64,000 bases of DNA from assembly GCA_904063045.1 (NCBI GenBank), contig CAJFCJ010000010.1:558001-622000 (forward strand), read 5' to 3'. This DNA comes from Dimorphilus gyrociliatus. Its lineage: Eukaryota > Animalia > Annelida. Position 1 is the stretch's first letter. Each line of letters begins with the position of its first letter. The translations under genes were made by a program, and so were the position numbers. Shown here one piece after another: positions 13,401 to 27,742 of the stretch. A model generated the notes under the pieces. The model did not search any database and was not told where the DNA came from. It was given only the letters and a program-made list of their open reading frames with translations.

Positions 13401-14172
13401 TTTGTTTCCAAGCAATATTGCTTTACTTAATAAATAGCAAATTTCAATTACTGTAATATTTTATATAAATAGAAAAGTACGAGGTGAATTTATAGAAATT
13501 GGCAAAATGAATTAAGTACCATTTTTACCTAAATTAAAAAATGAGAGACACCCCAAGTGGCTTAGGGGAGCCAAAATTATCTCCGGTGTGTGAAATATTG
13601 ATTGGAAAGGCACAACTATAATAAACAATAAGCACTTAGAGTCTTTGTCCCATGGGAAATGCAGTAAATACAATCCAAAACTGTTTGGTCAAAGATATTC
13701 GCCGATCGGATCATGAATTACTTACTGAATATTGTCGTAAATAGATGATTCACAGTGCGTAGGAACAAAAAAAAAAAGCACGATGATGAGGAGGTGGAGG
13801 ATTTCCGCCTACATTGGGATTTTAAAACTAAGCAAGCCCGTCAATTTACGCTATTTCATTGGCTAATATTTTTATTCTCTCTTCCTTCCCGGAGATTATC
13901 TTCCTTTTTGTAATTCGACTAAAGTTTAAAGATTAGATTGACTTACCTACGTCGGCAACCACGCTCCCAACTTCTAACGAATTCAAAAATTGTACCACTC
14001 CGGGCCAAGGTTGTGACCTATAATCGGCAAATACCGAACCAAATTTATCATAAACTTGATGTACATGAGTTTTTTCTAAATTTGTGCACTCGGTTCGTTT
14101 GTCATTCTTTCTCTCTTCGCTTTTATTCATAATTTGTCTCTTATGAGAATCTATCAACTTCTTCTTTCTCAT
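10419..14172 (-). CDS. TRMT9B: TRMT9B/KIAA1456-like class I SAM-dependent methyltransferase
   Basis: Exon 14172-13947 (LEKTHVHQVYD..PWPGVVQFL..VADVG) splices across intron 13946-12017 to exon 12016-10419 (CGHGKY..DAVISIGVIHH..RPGG..IYVWALEQ..DVLIPW). A long Ser-rich insert follows, then C-terminal RYYHVFRKGEL..YDHGNWC. This layout is typical of Trm9/TRMT9B. Confidence 0.9.
13000..13130. promoter_or_regulatory. Promoter-like motif cluster (CRE TGACGTCA, NRF1-type TGCGCATGCGCA) inside the TRMT9B intron
   Basis: Exact consensus motifs within about 130 bp of CpG-rich sequence. Confidence 0.4.
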
Positions 14173-14709
14173 CAAATTCTTTTATTTTCTATTCTTAAGT
14201 ATATTACGGCTTCTTAATTTTATATTTTCCTATATTCTCTTCCTGTTCTCCCGTTGCTTTCTTTTCCGTTTGTAGTGAGTCTTTTTGGCACTTTATTTTT
14301 TCTTCCCACTACAACCATCTACTGTGAATAAGAGAATAAAATATTTGGTTATAAATACTTATATTTAAGTCGAATGTCTATATTCGACAGGAACAAACTA
14401 AACAAATTTTGCGGCCTCATTTGAGCTTTGGACGGAAATCGAAATTGTTTCGCATATGCTGACAGCACGTGTATATAATTATGCTTATAACTGACGCTTA
14501 ACATCGATTATTTTGTATGTTGGGATAAGATACACAGTTAATTGAATACCCCCCAGTAAACGTGATATCTGAAAAAACTGTGACAATCAATATAAACCAT
14601 TAGTCAATCATGTATGTAATTCCTTGAATACTTATAAAATGACCTAAAATTTAAACTTAAAATGTCCTCATTCTTCTCTTCTTCTATTCTCTTTTTTTCT
14701 CGCCATCTC

Positions 14710-14781
14710 CCACACACACACACACACACATACACACCCTCTATCTCTCTCTGTCTCTCTCTCTGCCTCTCTCTCTGTCTG

Positions 14782-14833
<52 letters not shown>
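14710..14833. repeat. Compound (CA)n/(CT)n/(CTGT) microsatellite
   Basis: Direct reading. Confidence 0.9.
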
Positions 14834-14836
<3 letters not shown>

Positions 14837-16881
14837 ATCCATCCATCAACCCATCCAATTATTTACCCATTCATTCGTTAGCCATCATGGGTATCAATAT
14901 GTGCACCTGTTCATATCGTACTACGAAAAACGTACCATAAATTCTATTCCTGTACATTTACTTTAACTTATAAGTGTTGACTGATCATAACAATAATTGT
15001 ATTCAAAGTAATTATTCAATTTTTATGTCGCATGTGAAATCTGTATCATATACTATAGATTATATGTGAGAGGCCTTTCACCGTTTAGATTCTATTTTTT
15101 CCCTATCTTTTAAACATAGAGAAGGGGAAAAAAATATTTGAGAGTTTTCATCCATGCATACATATTTATAAACAAGTTATATAACTGGAAATATTCATCT
15201 TACATATCTATATATATCCACATATTTCCCTTCTCTATCATCTATTCCCTCCCCCTTCCCCTCCTTAAAACACCGTCAGGGAGATTACTTTAGTTGACTG
15301 AATTTTGTATATAATTTACAAGAAATTTGAATAATTAGGATATATATTGAAGTAAGAGGAGAAATTCCAAAAAATTTCAGGAGGAGATGAATTCTTTCAT
15401 TTGTTTGTTTTTTTTTAATCTCCATCATTAATCCATATAACGATAAAATGGAAAAAACTAGTTTATCATAATGGGATTAAAAATGATAAAATAATAATAA
15501 TATTAAAAGGATAATATCTAATTTCTCATATTTTTAAGTAAATTATCTGTTTGTTTACTTTTTTGTTCTCTCATTTTGTCACTTTCAATTTCTATAAGAA
15601 AAAAAATAATAAAATTGAATTTTGTCCTGAAAATTTCACCTAAAATTAGGATCACTAGAGCTTCTTAATTAACCATAAGTTCTGTAATCAACTGATGTAA
15701 GCCCATTGAGAATTTTTAATAAAAGGAATGTACTGTTGATTTGTAGGCCTAATATGACTTTCTGGATAGAAAACATTAGCCGTTAGATGACGTAGCTGTT
15801 GGAATGACGCAGTACGTAGTGTACCACAGTGAGTTTTACATAAATTGATAAAATTTGTTTAATAAAAGAAGGTAGAATATTAATCGAAGGGTTAATAGAG
15901 TATGAAGAAAATTATCATTATACTGTATATAAAAGTGTGTGCAGTTGACGTATATTATCGACTGTTTTGTGTATAAATAAGGATACTTCTACTAGCAATA
16001 TATGTTATTATGGTTTACCTATGATACTGTACAACATAAAATGAATGTATACTTATAACAATATGATTTTATGACCCATAAACTATATATATATATATAT
16101 ATATATAATATTTAAATATGTTAATAAATATAATATACACAGAATGCCTACTATACTACAATACGTATGCGTCATATGAGAATACACCCAGTCAGTCACT
16201 CATTTACACACTTCATAAACGTACATAAATACTGTATATGCATATATACATATATGTATAGACATGGGGTACATATGCATATATATCTATATATATATAT
16301 ATATATGTACATAAGCCTACATACTTTCCAATTCATATGTTTCTTTATATACCTAGGTAATAAATATGTTATGTATCATGTGTACAAATAATAATCAAAA
16401 GCATACGTTTTTTTGGAGGGAAACGACAAACTGTCACCGACTGTAATAAACGTGATTAACGCGACGTGATAAGCAATAGAAAAAAATCCTACTATCCCTT
16501 AGACCTGAAAAGATTAATGTTTAATAAGACTATCTCCTTTTTCTTCTGTTATTTGTGTACACATACTAAAGCCAGAGAGGCCCGTTTCAGTTTGTTTGTC
16601 CGAAACCGTTCGTTACTTCCTGTTATTGCCTAGTGCAAAGTCATCCAGGGACGTCTTTTAGCAAAGTACTACACATCTATGTCATTATTATAATTTGCAT
16701 TATTACGTTGAGTCGTCCGAATTATGGTAGTAACAGATAATTTCTTTCTTCCTTTATGGACTTTTAGCGTCTTTGTTTGATAGGTCAGTTCCCTATTCTT
16801 TTCTTCACATTAACAAACTATGCGAAGAGACATACTTAAGAATATTCACTATATCTTAAATGGGTTTACAAATGCATATAC

Positions 16882-16885
<4 letters not shown>

Positions 16886-16932
<47 letters not shown>

Positions 16933-16945
16933 TTATATATATATA
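16886..16945. repeat. (TA)n microsatellite
   Basis: Direct reading; one of many (TA)n tracts in the window. Confidence 0.9.
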
Positions 16946-18419
16946 CATTTACATTTACATATATATTATATATTAAACATGCACCATCTAAGCCTCTAAT
17001 TTCTTTTAATGCTTTTTTTCGCTGGCAAGCCTTTCTTCCGTTTAGCGTCCTTAGTTTAAAGAGGATACAGTCGCAAATGTCTAAGAAGATAGGGGAGAGG
17101 GAAAGAAGGAGTAAAAAGTCCTAAGTCTATTAATTATACAGCGTCACGATATAAGCGAAAGAAAGTAAAGAGAAAATAACGAACCTGTCACCGTTTGGTC
17201 GACGTCAAATACGTATACGGCGAATGACGACGGCGTTTTTTATATAACGACGAAAAGAGCGCCCTCTATGGGAAAAGTTCTCTGCACGGTCCTTTTACAG
17301 CAAAGCGGACACTGAGAATAAATTTCTTTATTATAAGCACGACGTAATTCTAGATGAATGTAAATAATTGGAGGAAAACAAATATATTTTATGCACCTGA
17401 CGGAATAATTTGCCTACATATACATTTAGGATTATATTAAACGCATATAAACGATTATTTCCCATTTTTCTATATCTATCTATCTCTATATCTACCTCTG
17501 TTTCTGACTCCGTCTCTTTCTATTCTCTTCCTTTTCCTTTCTTTCTTTTTTTCTTTCTTAGTATTTATCTATGTATGTTTCTTTCTTATTTCTGACTCCT
17601 TTCTTTCTCTCTATTTCGTTTCTTCAATGCCTTTTTTTTTGTTTTACCATATCTCTAAGGAGGAAAAAGTCGTATATCAATTTAATACGGTTCTTAGCCA
17701 GACATGCACTCTCTATATAGTTAAATAAGAAAATATATATCATTATAGACCAATATGTATATTTTCTCTATTAACCATTCTTGGTTTTATTTAAATATTC
17801 TTACAATGTTAATTCGCATCATGATGGTGAGAAGTTTACAATAACATAGATGGCTTAAATGAAAAAAAAACCGAGAAGGCCATGAGTATTAATATATATT
17901 GGAGCATGATAGCAACACTTCAAATTGTATCGTGTTCTTTATTTTTTTTTATTGTTTTTAGCGTTTGTCAAAAAAAAATTCCCATCTTTCTTTGACTTAC
18001 GTCAATAGAAAATTGAAATTGTTTTTTTCTATAAAACGTATACTACTCATTTCCTTATCTAGTCCGCAATGTGTATAGTTTACTAATAAAATTAATAGGA
18101 AAATCTTTGTCTTTGTTTTTTAAAAAAAAAAATAAAAAGAAAAAACTTTAGATTCTAGATTTCAATTACGTGAATACTTTTTTTTCTATTATGTTTATTA
18201 TTATTCTCTTATGATTCATTGATTTATTAAGGAACAAAGATATCGAGTGAAATAGTTTGTTTTCTTTGGGTTTTTTAGATAAAATTCTCCAGAATATGAG
18301 ATAAAAATATTCACAAGTAAGAAAAATCCTATAGGAAGAGAGAGTAAGGTGATCCGGGAAGAAAGGAAAGGACAAAAAATTTTATTTGTATTAAACTGCT
18401 TTCTTTCACTAACTTTCCC

Positions 18420-18489
18420 TCTTTTTCTCTGTCTGTCTATCTGTCTGTCTGTTTGCCTTTCTGCCTCTTCTGCCTCTTTTTCTTTCTCT

Positions 18490-18521
<32 letters not shown>
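18420..18521. repeat. (CTGT)/(CT)n simple repeat
   Basis: Direct reading. Confidence 0.85.
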
Positions 18522-21500
18522 TTGTCGTTTACGCTTTTCTGTAATGTTTATGAAAAAGGATAGATGTAATATTTAGCACGCTAGTCTACACTTACCCATA
18601 CTTAGATTTTTTAATTTTACTCCTGGTAATCCTATATCAATTGCAAATACTTTTCTTAAAATTTTAATGTCTTATTGTATAAGATGCTATTTCTCTATTA
18701 AAATCGATTAAATGACAAAATGGATATCAGATTTTTTTTTCTCTGTTATTTTTTATGGGAAACTGTTGTTCTAATTCTTATTTTATTTGGTACACGAAAG
18801 CAATTCTAAATTTAGTAACGATAACGGTCATTCCTCTATTATGCGGGTAAAAATTTTTAATTAATAACTCGAAATAGATATATAAAATTTGTTAGAATTA
18901 TTAGAGAATAAATAAAAGAAGATGGAGAAAGAAGAGAGATAGAGAATAGTTTAAAATAAAGATGCATTAAAAATAAACTATTCTTTCATTGGAATTATTT
19001 ATAGATGAGGTAACTAGGAAGAGAGTTATTTTTATATTAATAGAAGTACAATTTATATATAGGCGATATTTCCATTACAAAATTAAAATTTTTTCTTTTA
19101 TTGATAGCACGAAGTCAGGTATATATTCCATTTAAAAGTAAATATATAGAATATTTATATAAAAATTAATAAAAAAGATATGAATAAAATAAAAAGAAAA
19201 AAGTGATGGAAAGGAGACTTGAAAGAATAGGACAGAGAGTGAGAGAAAGATAGAGTAACGCAAGTACAGAGACAAAGCAGAGGTAGGAGAAAAAAAGAGA
19301 TATTAATTTAATCACTTCAAAATATACTTTAAATTGGAGTTATTTATTTTCAATAAATAGAACCTTCTGAGAGGATCTTTTCAAGTTTTTCCTTAGAATA
19401 TAAAAACTAAAGACCTTGTAGCCTATATTAGTACACCAGTAGAGCTATTGTAAAATCCTCTTAAGAGGCCTATTATAAGACAGGTAAAAATTATTAAAAG
19501 AGTTCTTATACATCATTGCAAAGTATCGATATAAATTTTTTAGCGAATGTACTCGTTAAGAAACAAAATGCAACCTGGTCACATGATTATCTCTAACGTT
19601 AGAAGAAACATCATCTTAAGTTTAAAATCAATAAAGAAATGATTGAAGAATAAAGAGAAAATAAGCTGAATCTAGTATACTTGAGTTGACTAATTTATTT
19701 ATATTTAATTCTATAACAAACCAATGCAGAAACTTTTGTTTTTATGATTTGTTTTTACTATATTCCATCTCAACAAATCTCTTATTACATTTTAAATAAG
19801 AAGAAAACAAATACAAATTTGTTTCTTTTTCATTATTAGCCCTTTTATCTTTTCTATGTATGTATTTTTCCAAGTAAAACCCTAATGGTAAAGAAATAGG
19901 AAAGAAGTAAAAGTCAACTTTTTAGATTTACTGTCCTATTGAATTCTCATAAGAAGTAATATATACAAAATATCTAATATACTAATAATATATAAATATA
20001 ATTTTATTGTTTTTCTTATAAAAATTAATGAAGAAAAATTATTATCACCTAAATAAACAATAGAAAAAAAAGAGGCCGAGTTGCACGAATGAAAAGGAAT
20101 AAATAACTTTATAACAGATTAGTTAATCACTAAATGCACACTGTTGTAATAAAAAAGGGTGACGTTTGTGCTTCATTTCGTGAGTCCGATTAAATGTGTA
20201 AATAAGTCTTTGTAGTCATATAATTAGGGCGTAACTAGTAGAAGAGAAAAAAAAGAGAAATACGCTATTAATTACTTTAGTGATGAAAAAATTTGAATTT
20301 TTTGACTCTGCTAGCTAAAAGTCTAGGTGCTGTATACTGTCTTATTATCAATACATTCTACATTCTAGCTTATATAGAACATATACTATATATATATATA
20401 TATATATATGTTATTCTTCTTTCAAGTCTTAGCAAAGTTTGCATGACTCTCTCACAGTTAGGTAATCTGGCTCTAAGGATAATAGGATCAATTTGCTGAC
20501 AATAGACCCTTTTATAAAACAACGAAAAATTTATATAAACATATATATATATACAGTATATGTTTGTATATATAAACCTTTGTCTAATGCTACCCAACGT
20601 TTTTTACTTGTGTCTTTTTCCATCACCCCCCCTCCAAAGAATAAATCCGAAATGATCACGTGACACTACCGACTCACTAATGAATGTAGATTTAATGCTA
20701 TATACAATATACTATATAGTTGGGGATGGCAGTTAATGAGTTGACGAAACATAGTCTTTCATTACATGTGAAGGTACTGTTAAGACTTGTCCATTGGGAA
20801 TCATATATAAACTCTTCGAAATCGCCAGTAATTATAAATACAATTATAAGGCGTCGATTTTCAGTAGCGTAGTCAACAGAGGAGGGAAAGTAAACATTTA
20901 CTTGGAGAGAGCACTGGCTAAACGTGCTAGCAAACTGTAAAACAAAGCACCCTGTGTCGTCTATTAATCTTGACTGGAAGAAGAACAAACCATAAAAATA
21001 ACTTTCAACTAAAAAAACAAAGTATAAATCGTCATATTGATGAAAATTTGCAGGGTTCCACTCGTATACAATTCAAGGTCGTTGTTTGAGGGCAAGCTGT
21101 GACGTTCTGGGTAGAACTCGTTTAAGGGCGTCGAAAATGTCACCTAGTTAGGGTGGCAACGTCTATTTGAATAAACAGGAAGCCAACAAGAAGTCGGCTG
21201 TTTTTATAGGCTAGAGGCTTTGTTAGTTTTCTAATCCACTCGTACAGATTTGACGAACAGACCAAAGTGAAATTGGGGAAAATCAAGAGTTCTTAATAAA
21301 TAAAAGAACTATTAAAATATCAAAAATGTAGATAAACCAGTAACAGCAAAAAAAAAAGAGTGACGTACGAAATCTGTTTAATAATTTAAGATTACGTAAT
21401 TTATCGCGCGAGGGCATTAAAAGGATGATAAAAAAGGAGAGTGAACTCTAAAGCACGTTTAATGGTGACGATAATAGTAATTAGTATAACAATAAAATTC

Positions 21501-24182
21501 CAAGTACTAAGTGAACTCTTCCAAATCGATTCATCTCCACCTTGCAAGATCGTGCAATCAATTGCTAAATATTTACCAGTCCATAAGCATGGCATACAAA
21601 ATAATTTTTTTTGTCGCTCATGGTGTTTTCTCTACGCACAAGAAGAGGCCTATATGTTTTTCGTATATTGACATGCAAACCTATTTTCCTGTCATTCTTT
21701 AAAAAATAATCATTATATATATAAATATAAGACAGACATAGAATTACTCGGAGTACTACAACTGTTTATATACATATTTATTATAGGTTGACTCTTTCTC
21801 TTTTTTTACTCTCTTTATTAATCTCTCTTCCTTGGTTTTTTTTATAAACCCTCATTAGTATTTAGAGCCTTTTTCTTGCTAACAAAAAAAAATAAGGTAG
21901 AAAATATTCCATAATTCCATTTGTTTTTCTTTTCCTCTTATTAGTATACTTCTCTTGCGTTGTAAATACATTGTTCTGTCTCCGATCCTTTGCTCATTGA
22001 ACAGAGTTTACCTTTGTACGTAATTTCCTTGTTCTCTTTTTACTTTAGATGGGAGATATTCTATTTTACAATTATCAATTTACAACTATCATATTAGAAA
22101 TAAAATTGAAAATTACATCCCGAATCAGTGATGATTTTACAAATAAGATTAAAAGAGAGAAAGAAAGAGAAATATAGAAACAGTTAGAAATTGAGACACG
22201 AGTATAACTCAGTCAACAGGAAGTATTATTAATTTTTTCCATATTCGATTAATAAAAAAGCGATATGTTTTGCAATGCTAGTAAAAATCTTTAAGTTTAT
22301 TTTAAGTTATTTTTAATATTTCATTATTAGTCATCATTTAGTTAAAAAATTGAATGCTTTCAATTTGTTTATTGCAAGGATTCACTATTAATTTAGCTTA
22401 ATAGACGGAATTGAATACGCTCGGTGAATAAGCATGTAATATAAATACATACATATATATATATACATATATATATACTTGAGAATCTAATTGTATATGT
22501 AATATCAGACTGAAAAAAGAGGCATTTATCACTGAAAAATCGGATATAAGCTTCTTATTAACTAAAAATTAGTGTTTATCAACAACTATACATTAAATAA
22601 TAGTATATACTAGAATTCTAACTATATTCCCATTAAGTCATAAGCCAAAAAGTCTCTTCTCAAAATGAAATATCTCTTTTGGGCATCCTTAAAAATGTGA
22701 TATACCTTCCCTATCTATTTTCTCTCACCTTAAAACAATTACTTACAATTTTTACTAATGAAACAGGTAGCACATTTAAAGGCAATGGGGTGGGAGAAAG
22801 AGAGAATGAGAGAAAGAGAGAGAGAATGAGTGTGAATGAAGGTAAGGAAGTTTACGTAATTAAATACTAGGTCGTGTACGTTTGATACAGTTTTTGGTTA
22901 AGCGATTAGCTGTAATTCAGTAGAATAATAAAATGATGAAAGCGGAAGAAAAGTAGATGAGATATATTTATAAGTTCTTTTCTATAAATATATCTATATA
23001 CCTGTTTATATATAAATATATACTGTATGTATTTATATATATATCTATAATGTATATACAATAATTAAGAATAAGCAATTGAAAGCATTTAATACTTATT
23101 TTTAGAATATTACTCTGAAAAGATAAAGAGAAAAAGCTATAGAATGATACGGTTATTTTACTAATTAACAGGAGAAAATGATTCATAAATGGATAAGAAT
23201 ACTATTATTTCATATTTTATTTCTAAAAAAAGATTTTAATAAGGTCAAATTTTACTTTTAATTAATGTAGAATGTGCAACAAGATATAATTAGTCAAATG
23301 AATTAGTTTAAGAATTAACTGAGAACAAACAAAGCTAATTAGAATTATATGAGTTCGAATATCTTTACATGCTGTTGATGGTACTTTATCGTTGTAATAG
23401 AAAGATTAATTAATTGAAACTAACTAACGAGAAGCGTGGATGGCGAAGCTATTTGTATTTGATATTACTTAAATCAAGTTATTAGTATACTGTATATTGC
23501 GTATGGAATAATTTTTTATACTACTCTAGTTTTTAACCTTATAAAATAAACAAGACGAATACCATCGTAGGAAAGGGCGTCTAATACCATGCATTACCAT
23601 TTCAAAGAAATTTCTCAAATAAGCTCCACTCATTCACTCGTGTACATAGTATTACTTTATGTAAATTGGCCTACGTCATATATTCAATATATAATTTATA
23701 CTTTTGTTCGATTGCCATCTTAAACTGTGTAAATACTTTTAGAGGCGAACATTGCAGTTGTTTAATTAATGTATCAAAAACCTATTGTATCTTCATTACA
23801 TCTCATAAAGATAAGATTATTCCTACAAGTCAATATAAAACGTTAAAATAGATATAAAGTTATAAGACACGAACCAGAAAAAATTTTTCATTCTTCTTTT
23901 AATACTATATTTTTGAGTGTTCGAGTGTTTTGTTCACTTTTTATTCATTTCCCACAACAATACTACCATTTACTACAAAGAACCAGAAACAGGAAACTTT
24001 GGTATGGAAAAACTGGTAAAGTTTCTTTCAACCTATCACAGCGTTCACGATTCGCTTATAAGAAAATACTTCGTTTAGAATCTTTTGCCTATTTCATCAT
24101 CCATTGAATTTTAGGCTGAAAAGTAAAACGACTCTGACCGACACGTGAATGTCGGCATTTAGTGTTAGAAATCAAAGAAATA

Positions 24183-25368
24183 ATGAGGTAACGTCTTATT
24201 TGCACTTTTAATAAATGTTTTCAAGTTTATAATAAAATTTATTCGTTAAACAGTTTGTCAACAGCTGATGAAGGTGGTAAACCGTTCTCTAATTCACGAT
24301 ATTATTATGGGGCCGCTGTTGATTTAATAAGCGGATCTATGGGTGGAGCAGCATCAGTTTACGTCGGACAGCCCCTGGACACTGTAAAAGTGAAGATGCA
24401 AGCTTTTCCCCATATTTACAAGTCAAGTTATAAATGTTTCACCCACACATTAAAAAATGAAGGTTTAGTTAGAGGTCTCTATTCGGGAACCCTACCATCT
24501 CTAGCAGCACAAATCTCTGAAAATGCCATGTTGTTTTTGGCCTATGGACAATGTCAGAAAGTATTATCCCTGATTAGAAACAAAAATCTCGAGCAGTTAA
24601 CTGTCATAGAGAATGCAACTGCTGGGAGTTTAGCGGCCTTTTTTAGTTCGTTAACACTATGCCCTACTGAGTTAATTAAAAATAGGATGCAAACAGCTTT
24701 AGAAAATTTCTCAGCGGGGCAGAATGAAGTACAAAAGTATGAACTAATTAGACATTAACATCTCTAAGAACTAATTATAATATATTCACTATTTCTTTAA
24801 GAAATGCTATGGCTATTACTAGAGAAATATTAAAAAACGAAGGAATCTCCGGTCTTTACAAGGGTTTTGTTCCAACTGTCCTAAGGGAGATGCCCGGTTA
24901 TTTTTGCTTCTTTGGTGGTTATGAATTTAGTAGGTATATGTTGACTCCATCTGGTAAAAGCAAGGATGATCTAGGTTTACTATTATAATATAGAAAGATA
25001 CGGTGCATATTTGACTAATTGGATTAAATTCATTTTTAATAGGAGCTGGTAGAACAATGATTAGCGGAGCATTTGGAGGTATAGTGTTTTGGATAACTAC
25101 CTTCCCTATGGATGTTATTAAGTCTAGACAACAGATTGCCTCAACAAAGTCAAACTTAAACTTATTTACTGTTTTAGTTAATATAGCCAAAACAGATGGT
25201 ACGTTTCAAATTACGTAATACTATCATTGAAAAACATAATATGTCAATTCTATAGGCGTTCCTGCGTTGTATAACGGTTTGCTTCCAACCATATTTAGAA
25301 CAATACCTGCAACAGCTAGTCTATTTTTAGCCGTGGAGAAGACAAAAAAATTCCTTAATGGATTTTGA
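24183..25368 (+). CDS. SLC25A15: Mitochondrial ornithine/basic amino acid carrier (SLC25A15/ORNT-like)
   Basis: Five exons: ATGAG at 24183, 24254-24736, 24802-about 24981, about 25043-25198, about 25256-25368. Three carrier repeats with PLDTVKVKMQ, PTELIKNRMQ and PMDVIKSRQQ. LREMPGYFCFFGGYE and GKSKDDLG are ORNT-like. Confidence 0.9.
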
Positions 25369-25587
25369 ACGATCTGAATTTGATCTTTTTTGTTAAATTG
25401 AAATTTCTCAGATGCGAAATTTTTATTACTTGAAGAAAAAATAAAAAAACAAAGAAAATCTCTTAATCAATTAAATAACGATCATAATATACAATTTCAT
25501 TTTAAAATGAATCTTTGATAAAAACACAAAAGAATATAATTTATATGATATTTAAAACTATAAAAGGATTTGGTTTTAATCATAATT

Positions 25588-26564
25588 TTAACAAGGTAGA
25601 GCCGCTGATGTAGTAGCTCCATACAACTGAAGGGAACCATCTTTATTTTTACCAGATAAACTATTTAGTGTCTCTTCTTTCTTTGCCTTTTTTCTTTTTC
25701 CATTTGGAGCTACTTTCATCTCAGCTAATACAGGTGGATCATCAGGATTCATAAATTCTCCATCATCTATTATATATTCTAATTCGGAATCTTTCTTGAC
25801 ATTAAACTTTGCTGTTATATTTGCTATAAAAGAATAGAAAATAATTATTTATTAAGTGAATAACGGTCGAAAGTTTCTACTAGACCAACTAATGTTAATT
25901 TATCATGTCATATTATCCTTTAGTATTTCCTTACTGAATATACGTGATTATAATTTATTAATTGTATAAATCGGTGATTTCTACGTGCTCGAAACTTAAA
26001 ATCAATCTTCAATGCAAATAAAAGTACAAGTTGTATCAGATATAGATAAGTGATTTATATAGGTCGCACACCTAATTGATAAATAAGTTAAATACCTAAG
26101 TGTTTAAATCTTAATACCTATTGTATTTAATATAAATAATGTCACTCACTTTTCATTGCATTGCAACAATGCCGTTTGCCAATAATAATAGCAACTACTG
26201 CAACTGCTGCTCCAACAGCAACGATCACTAGAAATATTTTCAGTGAGACATGATTTTTTTTTTTTGATGGTATAAATTTAATTGTTGTTTCAAACGAGGT
26301 TGAGTTATTCGTTGTAACAAACGAGGTTATAGTTGTTGCGTCACTGAATGATTCAATTGTTGTTGAATTTTCTGTAATTGTATTATTAGAAGTGACGGCA
26401 GCGGTGGAGTTTTCTACAACTGTGGGACTCGGTTTCAAAGTCGAAATCGTAGATATTTCATTAGCCAATACAGTTGTTAAATTGGTTACATCATTAGTTT
26501 CTATACCAGATGGATAAATAGTGATGCAAGAAATAAAAAGAAATTTTGCCAATTGAGAGATCAT
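25588..26564 (-). CDS. Orphan mucin-like type I transmembrane protein (CD164/podocalyxin-like architecture)
   Basis: Signal-like N-terminus MISQLAKFLFISCITI, Thr/Ser-rich ectodomain with N-x-T/S sites, TM IFLVIVAVGAAVAVVAIII followed by GKRHCC. Donor gtgagt near 26148 splices in frame to a last exon from about 25823 ending GATTSAALPC*. Confidence 0.75.
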
Positions 26565-27742
26565 AACAAAGGAATAAAAATACGAGGAATGTAACAGATT
26601 AACAGTCAAAAAAGTTGATTATCATTAACAGGCAAACACTTCATAAATTCATAAATGAGTAGGTTATGGCTGTCTTGTTTTTTTTTTAGAGAAAATGCAG
26701 GATTAATTTCCGATCTTTGTCAGTCAAAATAAAATCTTCAATAATATCAATTCTAGTATCACAGAATTACGTTTGATCAATTGTTGTACGGAGGTTAAAA
26801 GACGAAAAAGTAATTCATTTTCACATGACACACCTGATGCGCGCGCATCAATTAACCGCCATTATAATAGCAGGTAATGTTATCTTCGTATTTTAGAAGG
26901 CTAATCCTATCAAGTTATCAAAAAACAATCTTTATTAACGCAACATTTTATATTTTTCAACATTAATACGAAAATAACTTTGTTCTTAAATATTGCTCTA
27001 TTGACAACTTTAAGAGTTCTACATATAAACGAACGCCTTTCTTCTGCAATAACAATAGACTTTCACTACTTTGCCAGTAGCATAATTATTACGTAATATA
27101 TGAGTAGTGAAAGTAGTTTTTATAGAACTCATCTTTAGATAAGATAGAGTAAAGATTTTAGATATATCTAAGATATATCTTTATATTTCTACATTATTTC
27201 ATTTAACTTAAAAGAATTATTTATAGATTAATAAGGAGATGTTAATTAATAATACCTATATATATATACTGTATATAAAGATATTTCAACAGTTTATTGA
27301 CTAGCCAATATGACTTATCTATACTTATAGAGTTTAATAGAGGCATTGCATGATATGAATAATCGATGCTTATAAATTTCTTTTAATCTTGACTTTTTAG
27401 CATTAAGAAACTCTTTATATCACTTAACAGGTAAACTAATTATTGTACTTTCTTAGGTTAAGCCTAAAATTCGCCAAGAGGCGATTACTTAATTTGTTTA
27501 TTGAATTAAGGTTTCAATAAAAGCTTGAATAATACAGTAAAATACGATGGTTAAAAAGGAATTTTTAAAATAATCAAATGGGAAGCATAAATCAGGGAGT
27601 AGTTGAGGAATGCCGAATATATTCTCAGTTCCTTTTTCTTTGTTTTCTCTTGTTTTATTTTCTTCTGTTTGTTTTTGTTAGCAAGGGAAAGATAAGAATG
27701 AAAATTTAGTCCTTTTATTTTTATATTGGGAATGTGAGTCAA

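Noticed and set aside
20698-20988. 96-aa minus-strand ORF
   Set aside because: Non-ATG start and no family resemblance. More plausibly a UTR exon or regulatory island.
21401-21702. Overlapping short ORFs on both strands, one resembling a small secreted Cys peptide
   Set aside because: Weak signal peptide, no recognisable family and no consistent splice structure. Several frames are open, suggesting only low stop density.
24138-24156. Hairpin CCGACA-CGTGAA-TGTCGG upstream of SLC25A15 as an iron-responsive element
   Set aside because: The loop is not CAGUGN and there is no C bulge. It overlaps an E-box, which is a simpler explanation.
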